A stretch of 32,000 nt of DNA, taken from NCBI GenBank assembly GCA_964343315.1, contig CAYFJA010000009.1, positions 878 to 32,877 of the forward strand, written 5' to 3'. How positions within the stretch are numbered: position 1 is the stretch's first letter; every line of letters begins with the position of its first letter. A program made the translations under genes and the position numbers. This DNA is from an uncultured Nitrososphaerales archaeon (GTDB lineage Archaea > Thermoproteota > Nitrososphaeria > Conexivisphaerales > UBA164). The notes beneath the pieces are model-generated. The model was given only the letters and a program-made list of their open reading frames with translations, had not been told where the DNA came from and did not search any database. Shown piece after piece: positions 25,237 through 32,000 of this stretch.

Positions 25237-25898
25237 TTTTTCAAGAACTTTATGAATTCATAAGCTTCGCTTTCCTCAGGCATACCTTCAACAACCCTTT
25301 CGTTCTTAAGGTGAGTGTACATTAGAGGGGAACCAAGAATGACCGATAAGTATCTCGTGAAGCTCCACCTGTCGCCCACAGAGAACGCTATCAGCTTTCC
25401 CTTCTCAACAGTTGAGTAAAGAGAAAGTACCTGCAGGGCTTCAGATATGTTCTCGGGGCTGTTAACCACCTTCAGGTACTTCGCCTTATCCTTGTTCTCT
25501 GAGATAAACGAATTAAGGTCCTGCTGAGTTGGCTTCGTAAATATGTAGTGAACCGAAATTATAAGGTTTAGGCCTGACACGTCAACGCTTCCTGATATCT
25601 TCTTTAAGGTTTCTGCTTCTATATCAAAAAGCAGAGGCTTGTAATCCTTCATGAGTTCGACCAACTGAATCAAGTTCGTTATCTTATAGTCTCTGCTCAA
25701 TCCTCCTTCAGACGGGCTCCTGTATGTTATTATTGACCTGCTCATCTCAGAGCTGAAGTAAGATGGAACGTCCTTTGGGTTCAAGTTCTTTATGGAGTCA
25801 AGCCTAAGCTCGATGATGCTCCTGCTGTCAACCCTGCTTACCTTCTTGTACATTTCCTCTATCGTGTTTCCCATTAAAGAGACTACGACGCTGGTCAT
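25215..25898 (-). CDS. aroD: 3-dehydroquinate dehydratase, type I
   Basis: 227 aa ORF. IELRLDS (family E-x-R-x-D), a Schiff-base Lys context (YLKVVN) and AFSVGDRWSFTRYL...GSPLMY (family MGxxGxxSR...GS) fit type I DHQase. Gene order supports the call. Confidence 0.8.
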   Translation of the reverse strand: MTSVVVSLMGNTIEEMYKKVSRVDSRSIIELRLDSIKNLNPKDVPSYFSSEMSRSIITYRSPSEGGLSRDYKITNLIQLVELMKDYKPLLFDIEAETLKKISGSVDVSGLNLIISVHYIFTKPTQQDLNSFISENKDKAKYLKVVNSPENISEALQVLSLYSTVEKGKLIAFSVGDRWSFTRYLSVILGSPLMYTHLKNERVVEGMPEESEAYEFIKFLKNWPSMPL

Positions 25899-25904
25899 CT
25901 TGCA

Positions 25905-26852
25905 TCAGCTCTCCCTGATCTTTTCCTCAACCTTTATTCCAAAGTGCCTTCCAGTAGGTTGAGTCACCATGGCTAATACTTTGTCTCCCTCCTTTATTTC
26001 CGTAACGGGTAAAGCTGAGCCGTCTTCCTTAACAAGAGCTACAGTTTCAGCGTACTGAAGAATTATCGTTCCGAAAAGACCTTCGCTCTCGGCCATTATC
26101 AATATCATGGGCCTCCTCTCAAGCTTAGACCTACCTACGAAAACAGTCCTAGCTTCACCTTTATAGTTTGAGACCAGAACCTTGTCCCCAGACTTGATTT
26201 CTGAAAGGTACTTGGTTTTGTCTTCGCCTACAAGAATGTAGCTGTGAACGGCGCCCGCGTTAACCCTGAATGGCCGTGGGCTCGTAAAGGGGCTCTCGAA
26301 AACTTCTGCGTGGACCAAGAAAAGAAAAGATGAAAAGGAACCTACCAGCATTCCTTCTCCTGGCTCAAGCATTTCTATAGTGTCCACGCAGACCCTTGAG
26401 CCTTCGCCAACGAGCCTTGTGCCTTTTACCGTTACCGGCCTTAAGCTGAGCTTCAACTTGCCAAGGTTAAGAGCGTTAACGTAGGATATAGCTTCTTCTG
26501 GGCCCTTTGGGCTTATTATAACGTAGTCAACGCCCCTTTCCAAAACGCCGGAAAGCGCCTGAGCGTCTTCGGGGCTTTTGGCCTCTGCGTAAATTTCTGC
26601 TTTTCCAGAAACTTCGGCAATTATGTTCTCCAGCGGGATAACCCTCCAGTTGTCTGTCTCAACTAATATCCCTTTCACACCTTTTCTCAAAAGCTCTTTG
26701 ATGGACTCTATGTCCTTCTGCGTCTGAACCCTTATCCTTTCGACCCCTTCTAGCTCGCTAAGCGAGCCGATGAAATGGTCTACGCCGTACTGCTTAAACA
26801 GATCCTCTACTTCCTTTGAGGCTCTTTCTAGCTTAACTATTACTTTCTTCAT
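25905..26852 (-). CDS. aroB': 3-dehydroquinate synthase II (archaeal, MJ1249-type, oxidative deamination/cyclisation of ADH)
   Basis: 315 aa ORF. It is not homologous to the classical NAD/Zn AroB (no GGGxxxD). The two-domain size and its position between ADH synthase and aroD match the DHQS-II family (PF01959-type). The call rests on context plus length and general similarity. Confidence 0.8.
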   Translation of the reverse strand: MKKVIVKLERASKEVEDLFKQYGVDHFIGSLSELEGVERIRVQTQKDIESIKELLRKGVKGILVETDNWRVIPLENIIAEVSGKAEIYAEAKSPEDAQALSGVLERGVDYVIISPKGPEEAISYVNALNLGKLKLSLRPVTVKGTRLVGEGSRVCVDTIEMLEPGEGMLVGSFSSFLFLVHAEVFESPFTSPRPFRVNAGAVHSYILVGEDKTKYLSEIKSGDKVLVSNYKGEARTVFVGRSKLERRPMILIMAESEGLFGTIILQYAETVALVKEDGSALPVTEIKEGDKVLAMVTQPTGRHFGIKVEEKIRES

Positions 26853-27630
26853 TGTAGACCTTTAAAGCTTCTTCAACGTCATAGTTTTCAAATATTATCT
26901 TTGATAGTGCCTTAACCACGGCCTTAGGGTTCTTGTCCTGAAACACGTTTCTCCCAAATGTTACGCCTATGGCCCCGGCTTCGAGGGCTTCTTTGGCCAT
27001 TTTCAGCACATCCCTAACGTTCTCAAGCTTCGGGCCCCCTGCTATTGCTACTGGCACAAGCGAGCCTCTTACAACTTCTTTAAACGTGTCAACGCTTCCG
27101 GTGTAGGGAGCCTTAACTATGTCAGCCCCAAGCTCTCCCCCTAGCCTTACAGCCTTCTTGATTAGGTCTGGGTCGTACTGGTTCTTAACGTTCTCTCCTC
27201 TTACGTACATCATGGCTATTAAAGGCATCCCCCACCTATCAGCTTCATCTGCTACCTTTCCAAGGCTTACGAACATGTTGTTTTCGCTGTTCGCGCCTAC
27301 GTTTATGTGAAGGGATATTGCGTCGGCCCCGAGAAAAACAGCCTCTTTAACGCTTGAAACAAGGACTTTGTAATAAGGCGTAGGACCGTAGCTCGTGCTA
27401 GCGGAAGCGTGCATAATTACGCCTAGGTTTGGCTCGTACTTTAAGGCCTTTATGGAGCCCTTGTGAAGGATTACCGAGGTTGCTCCTCCCTCTTCAACCT
27501 TCTTAACTATCGACGTTATGTCCTCAAGGCCCTTTATGGGCCCGTCGCTGACACCGTGGTCCATGGGAACGCAAAGGATCCTTCCGTTCTTTGTTATTCT
27601 TGCTAGCCTTCTAAGCTTTCCTGTAGTCAT
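26833..27630 (-). CDS. aroA': 2-amino-3,7-dideoxy-D-threo-hept-6-ulosonate (ADH) synthase, DhnA/class I aldolase family (MJ0400-type)
   Basis: 265 aa ORF. The blocks VPMDHGVSDGP, ADIVKAPYTGS (Schiff-base Lys) and GVTFGRNVFQ are typical of the DhnA-type aldolase/ADHS family. It is placed between asd and DHQS-II. Confidence 0.85.
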   Translation of the reverse strand: MTTGKLRRLARITKNGRILCVPMDHGVSDGPIKGLEDITSIVKKVEEGGATSVILHKGSIKALKYEPNLGVIMHASASTSYGPTPYYKVLVSSVKEAVFLGADAISLHINVGANSENNMFVSLGKVADEADRWGMPLIAMMYVRGENVKNQYDPDLIKKAVRLGGELGADIVKAPYTGSVDTFKEVVRGSLVPVAIAGGPKLENVRDVLKMAKEALEAGAIGVTFGRNVFQDKNPKAVVKALSKIIFENYDVEEALKVYNEESNS

Positions 27631-28687
27631 ATAGCCAGCCCTCCTTTAAGAAAAGCTCAGCCGTAAGTATTGTGTTCCCAGCCGCGCCCCTTATCGTGTT
27701 ATGTGAGAGCAGAACGTACCTTATTGAGTGGTCGTCTATGCCTTTTCTTATCCTTCCAACTACAACGCTCATGCCTGGGATTGAACCAGCGTACCTATCT
27801 AGCCTGGTCTGAGGCCTGTCGGGCTCTTCCCTAACTATTATAGGCTGGTCTGGGGCTGTTGGAAGCTTTAGCTCCTGAGGTAGCCCCTTGAACTTCCTCA
27901 GTACGTCCGCGGCGTCTTCAGGGGTTATCTTCTTCTCAGTCTCTATGTAAACGCTTTCAAGATGGCCGTCTATTGTGGGCACCCTATGACACATTGCTGC
28001 GACGTCGATGTTTGCGAACTCGACGCGGTTGTCTACAACTTTACCAAGTATCTTCTGGGTTTCTATGTATACCTTTTCTTCTTCGTCCTTTATGTACGGT
28101 ATGACGTTGTCAAGAATGCTCATGCTTGCCACTCCAGGAAAGCCCGCCCCGCTTACTGCCTGCATCGTCGCCACGACTATCTTCTTTATCTTAAACTCGT
28201 CGTGCAAAGGCTTAAGGGTCATGTTTAGCCCTATGGCTGTGCAGTTCGGCCCTGTTGTAAGGAAGCCTTCCCAGCCCCTCTTCTTCTGCTCCTTTATGAG
28301 CACCCACTGTTCTGGGTTTATCTCAGGGATCAAAAGCGGAACGTCAGGCTCCATCCTGTAAGCTGAAGCGTCGCTGAAAGTTGGGAACTTTTTAGCATAA
28401 AGCGGCTCAAGCTCCTTTGCTGCTTCAGTTGGCAGACAGCTGAAGAAGAGGTCTGCTTTTTGGTTTTCCGGGTTAGCCTCTTCCACAACCATTTCTGCTA
28501 TTTCTTTTGGAGGCTCATAGGACGTTACCCATTCGCCTGCCTTGGCTTCTTTGAACTTTTTGCCTGCTGACTTCTTTCCAACGACGTATTTAATTTTAAA
28601 CCACGGGTGACTGGCCAGCATCCTCACGTACTCAGCTCCAACCATTCCTGTTGCTCCTAAGATCCCAACTTCAAGGGTTTCTTTCAT
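27611..28687 (-). CDS. asd: Aspartate-semialdehyde dehydrogenase
   Basis: 358 aa ORF with the N-terminal Rossmann motif VGILGATGMVG, the active-site stretch GPNCTAIG (Cys) and SHNTIRGAAG near the C-terminus. Confidence 0.92.
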   Translation of the reverse strand: MKETLEVGILGATGMVGAEYVRMLASHPWFKIKYVVGKKSAGKKFKEAKAGEWVTSYEPPKEIAEMVVEEANPENQKADLFFSCLPTEAAKELEPLYAKKFPTFSDASAYRMEPDVPLLIPEINPEQWVLIKEQKKRGWEGFLTTGPNCTAIGLNMTLKPLHDEFKIKKIVVATMQAVSGAGFPGVASMSILDNVIPYIKDEEEKVYIETQKILGKVVDNRVEFANIDVAAMCHRVPTIDGHLESVYIETEKKITPEDAADVLRKFKGLPQELKLPTAPDQPIIVREEPDRPQTRLDRYAGSIPGMSVVVGRIRKGIDDHSIRYVLLSHNTIRGAAGNTILTAELFLKEGWLYDYRKA

Positions 28688-28692
28688 AATCC

Positions 28693-29907
28693 CTACACCT
28701 CCACTTTCTCCTTTATAAGGTTTAAAGAGGCCTCAGCCTCTGAGCTCTTTACGTATACTTTTATCGTGCTGGTTGCTGTTATGACTCCAAATATGTTTAT
28801 GCCTTTCTCAGCCAAAGGAGATACTACGGAGCTCAAGTGCCCGGGCGTAGCCTCTAGGTCAAACGATTTAATCGTTATTTCGCTGAGCTGAGGCATGACG
28901 CTTATGGCCTTCGCTAGGCCGCTTGGGACCAAAGCGTCGTGGACCTTTTGATAAATGTTTGGCTTGTCTGAAACGTAAAGCAAAAGGGCGTTGGAGCCTA
29001 TAACTATGCTGTATATGTTTGACCCTGCGGAGTAAATCGCTTCTTCTGCCTTGTCCAATGCTTTCTGCACGTCCTTTTCGGGTATTATAGTGACCATGCT
29101 AACGTCGTTTGCGGTAACGTTTACCCCTATTCCGTTGTTTGGGTTTATTATTGTTCCGCTGCTTAATCCAGCTTCAAGGCTTGTAATCCTGAGAACTGTG
29201 TTTAGGTATTTGAATGCTTTGTAGTGAATCAGCCCTGAACCTCCCGCTGACAGAGCTAAGGCCTCGTCGACGTTCAGCTCTTCTAGGGCCTTTACGTTCT
29301 GCGCCTTCTTAGGGTCTCCTGAGTAAGCTAGCCCAACGTCCTTAAAAAGCACTACTTCTCTTGCTCCAAGAGCGTTTCCTAAAACTACCGCTGTTGTGTC
29401 GCTCCCTCCCCTTCCCAGCGTCTGTATCCTTCCTTCTTCGTTGACTCCTATAAAGCCGCAAACTACGGGGACCTTTCCGTTCTTTATCAAAGGCAAAAGC
29501 TTTTCCTGAACGTCCTTCTTTGTTTTTTCCATGTCCACGTCAGCGTTAAGATAATCTCCGTAGCTGTGTATAGGCCAAAGGCTATTTTGAGGGTCTACCA
29601 AGACCGCGTCTATCCCGTTTGCCCTGAGGGCGCCAACCATTATTCTTGCGCTGACTCTCTCGCCCATAGCGAGGATCTCTGCTCTGTCTGCTTTGTCCTG
29701 AACGTTGAGCTTAGTCGCTATTTCGTCCAGCTTGTTAGTTTCTCCCTTAAGGGCTGAAACGACGACCACAACGCTCTTTCCTTCAGAAATAATGCCCTTG
29801 ATTGTAGAAACTGTCTTGTTTATTTGATCGGGGTCAGTAAGGACCGATCCTCCCATCTTCAGCACGTATATAAAGTAAATCACCTTCCACCTTACTTCCC
29901 CTCGCAC
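28693..29907 (-). CDS. lysC: Aspartate kinase with C-terminal ACT domains. The true start is probably the GTG at 29883.
   Basis: 404 aa ORF with LKMGGSVL (family KFGG(T/S)S), GRGGSDTTA and a tandem ACT-like C-terminus. The alternative GTG at 29883 is preceded by AGGTGG and lies downstream of a TTTAATATAA box (29922-29931). Confidence 0.9.
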   Translation of the reverse strand: MRGEVRWKVIYFIYVLKMGGSVLTDPDQINKTVSTIKGIISEGKSVVVVVSALKGETNKLDEIATKLNVQDKADRAEILAMGERVSARIMVGALRANGIDAVLVDPQNSLWPIHSYGDYLNADVDMEKTKKDVQEKLLPLIKNGKVPVVCGFIGVNEEGRIQTLGRGGSDTTAVVLGNALGAREVVLFKDVGLAYSGDPKKAQNVKALEELNVDEALALSAGGSGLIHYKAFKYLNTVLRITSLEAGLSSGTIINPNNGIGVNVTANDVSMVTIIPEKDVQKALDKAEEAIYSAGSNIYSIVIGSNALLLYVSDKPNIYQKVHDALVPSGLAKAISVMPQLSEITIKSFDLEATPGHLSSVVSPLAEKGINIFGVITATSTIKVYVKSSEAEASLNLIKEKVEV

Positions 29908-29979
29908 TACCTTTATGGATGTTATATTAAAGCGTTTTGGGACGGTTTAGGGCTTAATTGACTATGTTCGAAAACCGTT

Positions 29980-31398
29980 CTAGAAGGCCTTCGCCAAAAT
30001 AACCTTTCTTACTGCCTTTCTCCCGCACCACGCGCACCTGTCTCCCGGCTTTTCCTCTGAGCCAACGAGCTCCCCTCTAACCTCAAAACCTCCCGTGGTC
30101 TTCTTTATGTCTTGAGCGCACTCAGCCTCTCCGCAAAAGTCAATCTTGATTATTGGGTTTTCCTTTACAAGCTTCAGAACCTCCTCTTTAGACTTTGCCT
30201 CTGGAATTTCTTTTGTAACCTCAGACTTTTTGATAAGCTCTGACTTCATGTCTTCAATTATTTCATCAAGCTTCTCCTTAAGCTCATGAATGCTGACGTT
30301 CACTTTCTTTTTAGTATCCCTTCTGAATACCGTTACTGTCTTTGATTCCAGCTCCTTTTTACCAACTTCTATCCTCAGCGGATAACCTAAGAGCTCGCTG
30401 TAGTAGTATTTCTCGCCTGGAGTTTGCTCGCCCAAATCCGGCACAAAGATGTAGGGCTTAGCCCTTTCTATTATTTCGTTAACATAAGATAGGAGGGCGT
30501 CCCTTATCCCTTCGTAAAATATAGGGACCACAGTGCCTTTGACCTTAACGAGCTGCGGGGGTATGTAAAGGCCGTAATCGTCACCGTGAACAGCTACTAT
30601 GGCCGCTAATATTCTCGTTATGCCAACCCCCAGCGTCGTGCTGTAAGGAACCTGATATTGACCGTTTTGGTCCAGGAACTTAACTTCGAACGGCTTGGTG
30701 AAGTTTTGGCCAAGATAGTGAGTAGTTGCAACCTGAAGCACTTCACCTGTGGGCATAACTGTGTCGTAGGCAAAGCTTTCTTCTGCCCCCGGGAACCTGT
30801 CGAAAGGCTCTCTTCTTACAACAAGATAAGGCAAGCCCAGCTTTTTGAGCTCCTCGCTCATCATCTCTATGTCTTCTTCTACGTGCCTTAGGGCTTCTTC
30901 CTTTGAAGCAAAAACGTTGTGGGTTTCTATCCACAAGAACTCTCTGCCCCTTAAAAGGGGCCTTGTGGCTTTGGTTTCGTACCTATAAACTGCTACCGAC
31001 TGATACGTCTTAAGGGGGAGGTCTCTGTAGCTCTTTATCCACATAGAAAACATCGGGTAGAAGGCCGTTTCAGAGGTTGGCCTGACTATAAGAGGCTCCT
31101 CTAGGTCCTTTCCGCCTGCTTTTGAAACGATGAAAACTTCCTCCTCAAACCCTTTTATGTGCTCTGATTCTTTCCTGAAGTTGCTGTAAGGGATGAAAAG
31201 AGGGAAAAGGAACTTCTTATGACCCCTCTCTTCTAGCTTAGACTCAAATATAGAGTAAAGAGATCCGATTATTTCCATGGCTCTAGGTTTATAGACCACA
31301 GTGCCTTTTACCCCGTACCTTTGATCGATAAGCTCCCCGTTGAACAAAACATAATCGTACCATTCGTTAAAGATCCTCTTTTGAGGCCTAGCCTGCAT
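29980..31398 (-). CDS. proS: Prolyl-tRNA synthetase, archaeal/eukaryotic type
   Basis: 472 aa class IIa synthetase. It has motif 2 (YRYETKATRPLLRGREFLWIE), motif 3 (GVGITRILAAIV), an anticodon-binding domain and the Zn-binding C-terminal domain (CGEAEC...CAWCG) ending in the typical aromatic residue. Confidence 0.95.
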   Translation of the reverse strand: MQARPQKRIFNEWYDYVLFNGELIDQRYGVKGTVVYKPRAMEIIGSLYSIFESKLEERGHKKFLFPLFIPYSNFRKESEHIKGFEEEVFIVSKAGGKDLEEPLIVRPTSETAFYPMFSMWIKSYRDLPLKTYQSVAVYRYETKATRPLLRGREFLWIETHNVFASKEEALRHVEEDIEMMSEELKKLGLPYLVVRREPFDRFPGAEESFAYDTVMPTGEVLQVATTHYLGQNFTKPFEVKFLDQNGQYQVPYSTTLGVGITRILAAIVAVHGDDYGLYIPPQLVKVKGTVVPIFYEGIRDALLSYVNEIIERAKPYIFVPDLGEQTPGEKYYYSELLGYPLRIEVGKKELESKTVTVFRRDTKKKVNVSIHELKEKLDEIIEDMKSELIKKSEVTKEIPEAKSKEEVLKLVKENPIIKIDFCGEAECAQDIKKTTGGFEVRGELVGSEEKPGDRCAWCGRKAVRKVILAKAF

Positions 31399-31439
31399 GG
31401 GTTCTCTTGAGCCTATTTAAATATAAGCGTTTAATAAAA

Positions 31440-32000
31440 ATGTTTATGGGCTTTAATGTTGGGAAGCTTAGGGTGAAAAAGTCTCTGAACGGTTTTTCTT
31501 ATGAGGGGCTTGTAAGCTCAACCGCCCCAGCGCTTGGGCTCCCAGAAGACACCCTACCTTTCTTTTCGCTTTCATATGCTTTGGGAAACATTTACGCTTC
31601 TTTTTCTGAGCCTCTGTACGTATTTGACGAGATACTTTATCCCCCTGAAATGTGCGACAGGGCTGAGAAGGCTTACAAGCTTTACCTAGAAGAGGCTGAG
31701 AAGGTTAAGGTAAAGGTTGCCGGCGGGCACACGGGCTGTTACGACGGCCTAGATCTTCCGCTCATAGTAACAAACGCTGTTGGCAGGCAGTTAAGGCAAC
31801 CAGAAAGGCCAGAAATTAACGACGAAGTTTTGTTCATAGGGAAGCCTTTCCTTGAGAGCGACTGGCTCCTCTATCTATCAGGAGAAAAGGATGAGAGGGT
31901 TGACTGGAGGGAGCTAACTCCAGTTCCTGCGCTTAAGAAGCTTATGAAACTAGAAAGCGTCAAGCTTCTGCACGACGTATCAGAGGGCGGACCTTGGGGT
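31440..32000 (+). CDS. PurM-superfamily (AIR synthase-related / HypE-SelD-ThiL-like) protein, N-terminal fragment running off the right edge
   Basis: My translation from the ATG at 31440 is open to the window end (187 codons): MFMGFNVGKLRVKK...KVKVAGGHTGCYDGLDLPLIVTNAVGRQL...VKLLHDVSEGGPWG. The xGGHTx core followed by a hDVS(D/E)GG motif is characteristic of PurM-like ATP-binding proteins. The subfamily cannot be determined from this fragment. Confidence 0.55.
   Translation, partial: MFMGFNVGKLRVKKSLNGFSYEGLVSSTAPALGLPEDTLPFFSLSYALGNIYASFSEPLYVFDEILYPPEMCDRAEKAYKLYLEEAEKVKVKVAGGHTGCYDGLDLPLIVTNAVGRQLRQPERPEINDEVLFIGKPFLESDWLLYLSGEKDERVDWRELTPVPALKKLMKLESVKLLHDVSEGGPWG

Noticed and set aside
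30743-30934. An Arg-rich 63 aa ORF on the same strand as proS but in a different frame.
   Set aside because: It lies inside the conserved catalytic core of ProRS. The composition (RRRRHR, KARR) is a frame-shift artefact of GA-rich codons, and nothing suggests programmed frameshifting.
1-32000. A very high frequency of the hexamer AAGCTT (HindIII site) throughout the window, considered as a repeat or restriction-related signal.
   Set aside because: The occurrences sit in coding frames as Lys-Leu (AAG CTT) or xAA GCT Txx (Glu/Lys-Ala) on either strand. This is explained by the strong AAG/CTT/GCT codon preference. I could not compute an expectation, so I make no claim.
1-32000. A search for a defence island, mobile element, CRISPR array, toxin-antitoxin pair or integrated virus.
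   Set aside because: I saw no repeat-spacer periodicity, no integrase, transposase or Cas-like motifs, no tRNA attachment sites and no terminal inverted repeats. Gene content is housekeeping throughout.

Overview
This window looks like core chromosome from a hyperthermophilic archaeon, probably Thermoproteota/Crenarchaeota-like, though I cannot assign a species. The evidence is reverse gyrase, an A-type ATP synthase operon, a GHMP-type shikimate kinase, the archaeal ADH-synthase/DHQ-synthase-II entry into the shikimate pathway, an archaeal-type ProRS, AT-rich TATA-like promoters 25-35 nt upstream of start codons, and GGTGA Shine-Dalgarno motifs with overlapping stop/start codons inside operons. 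The window is almost entirely coding.

Gene content, left to right:
- Partial P-type ATPase.
- Stand-alone xanthine-dehydrogenase-family Mo subunit.
- L-cysteine-desulfidase-like gene followed by TauE/SafE and DUF1634 membrane proteins.
- Radical SAM protein with an unusual Cx4Cx2C motif.
- CaCA-type antiporter.
- Reverse gyrase.
- Nucleoside-salvage trio: Udp-like phosphorylase, MtaD/DadD-like deaminase and a divergent UPRT-like protein.
- ATP synthase operon atpF-E-A-B-D-(small ORF)-K.
- CobA-type adenosyltransferase.
- A 9.5 kb, 10-gene operon running aspartate kinase, asd, ADH synthase, DHQ synthase II, aroD, aroE, aroK, aroA, aroC and a chorismate-mutase fusion.
- proS.
- Partial PurM-superfamily gene.

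I found no rRNA, tRNA, CRISPR array, IS/transposon, integrase or recognisable defence genes. Nothing here clearly constitutes a new multi-gene system.

The items most worth follow-up are:
- The AroQ chorismate mutase fused to an unrecognised ~230 aa domain at the end of the aro operon.
- The placement of ask/asd inside the aro operon.
- An unannotated C/D box sRNA candidate just 3' of reverse gyrase.
- The long, motif-altered UPRT-like protein beside the nucleoside enzymes.
- A possible 42-codon ATP synthase ORF missed by the ORF track.

All family calls come from motif recognition by eye. No database search was run.
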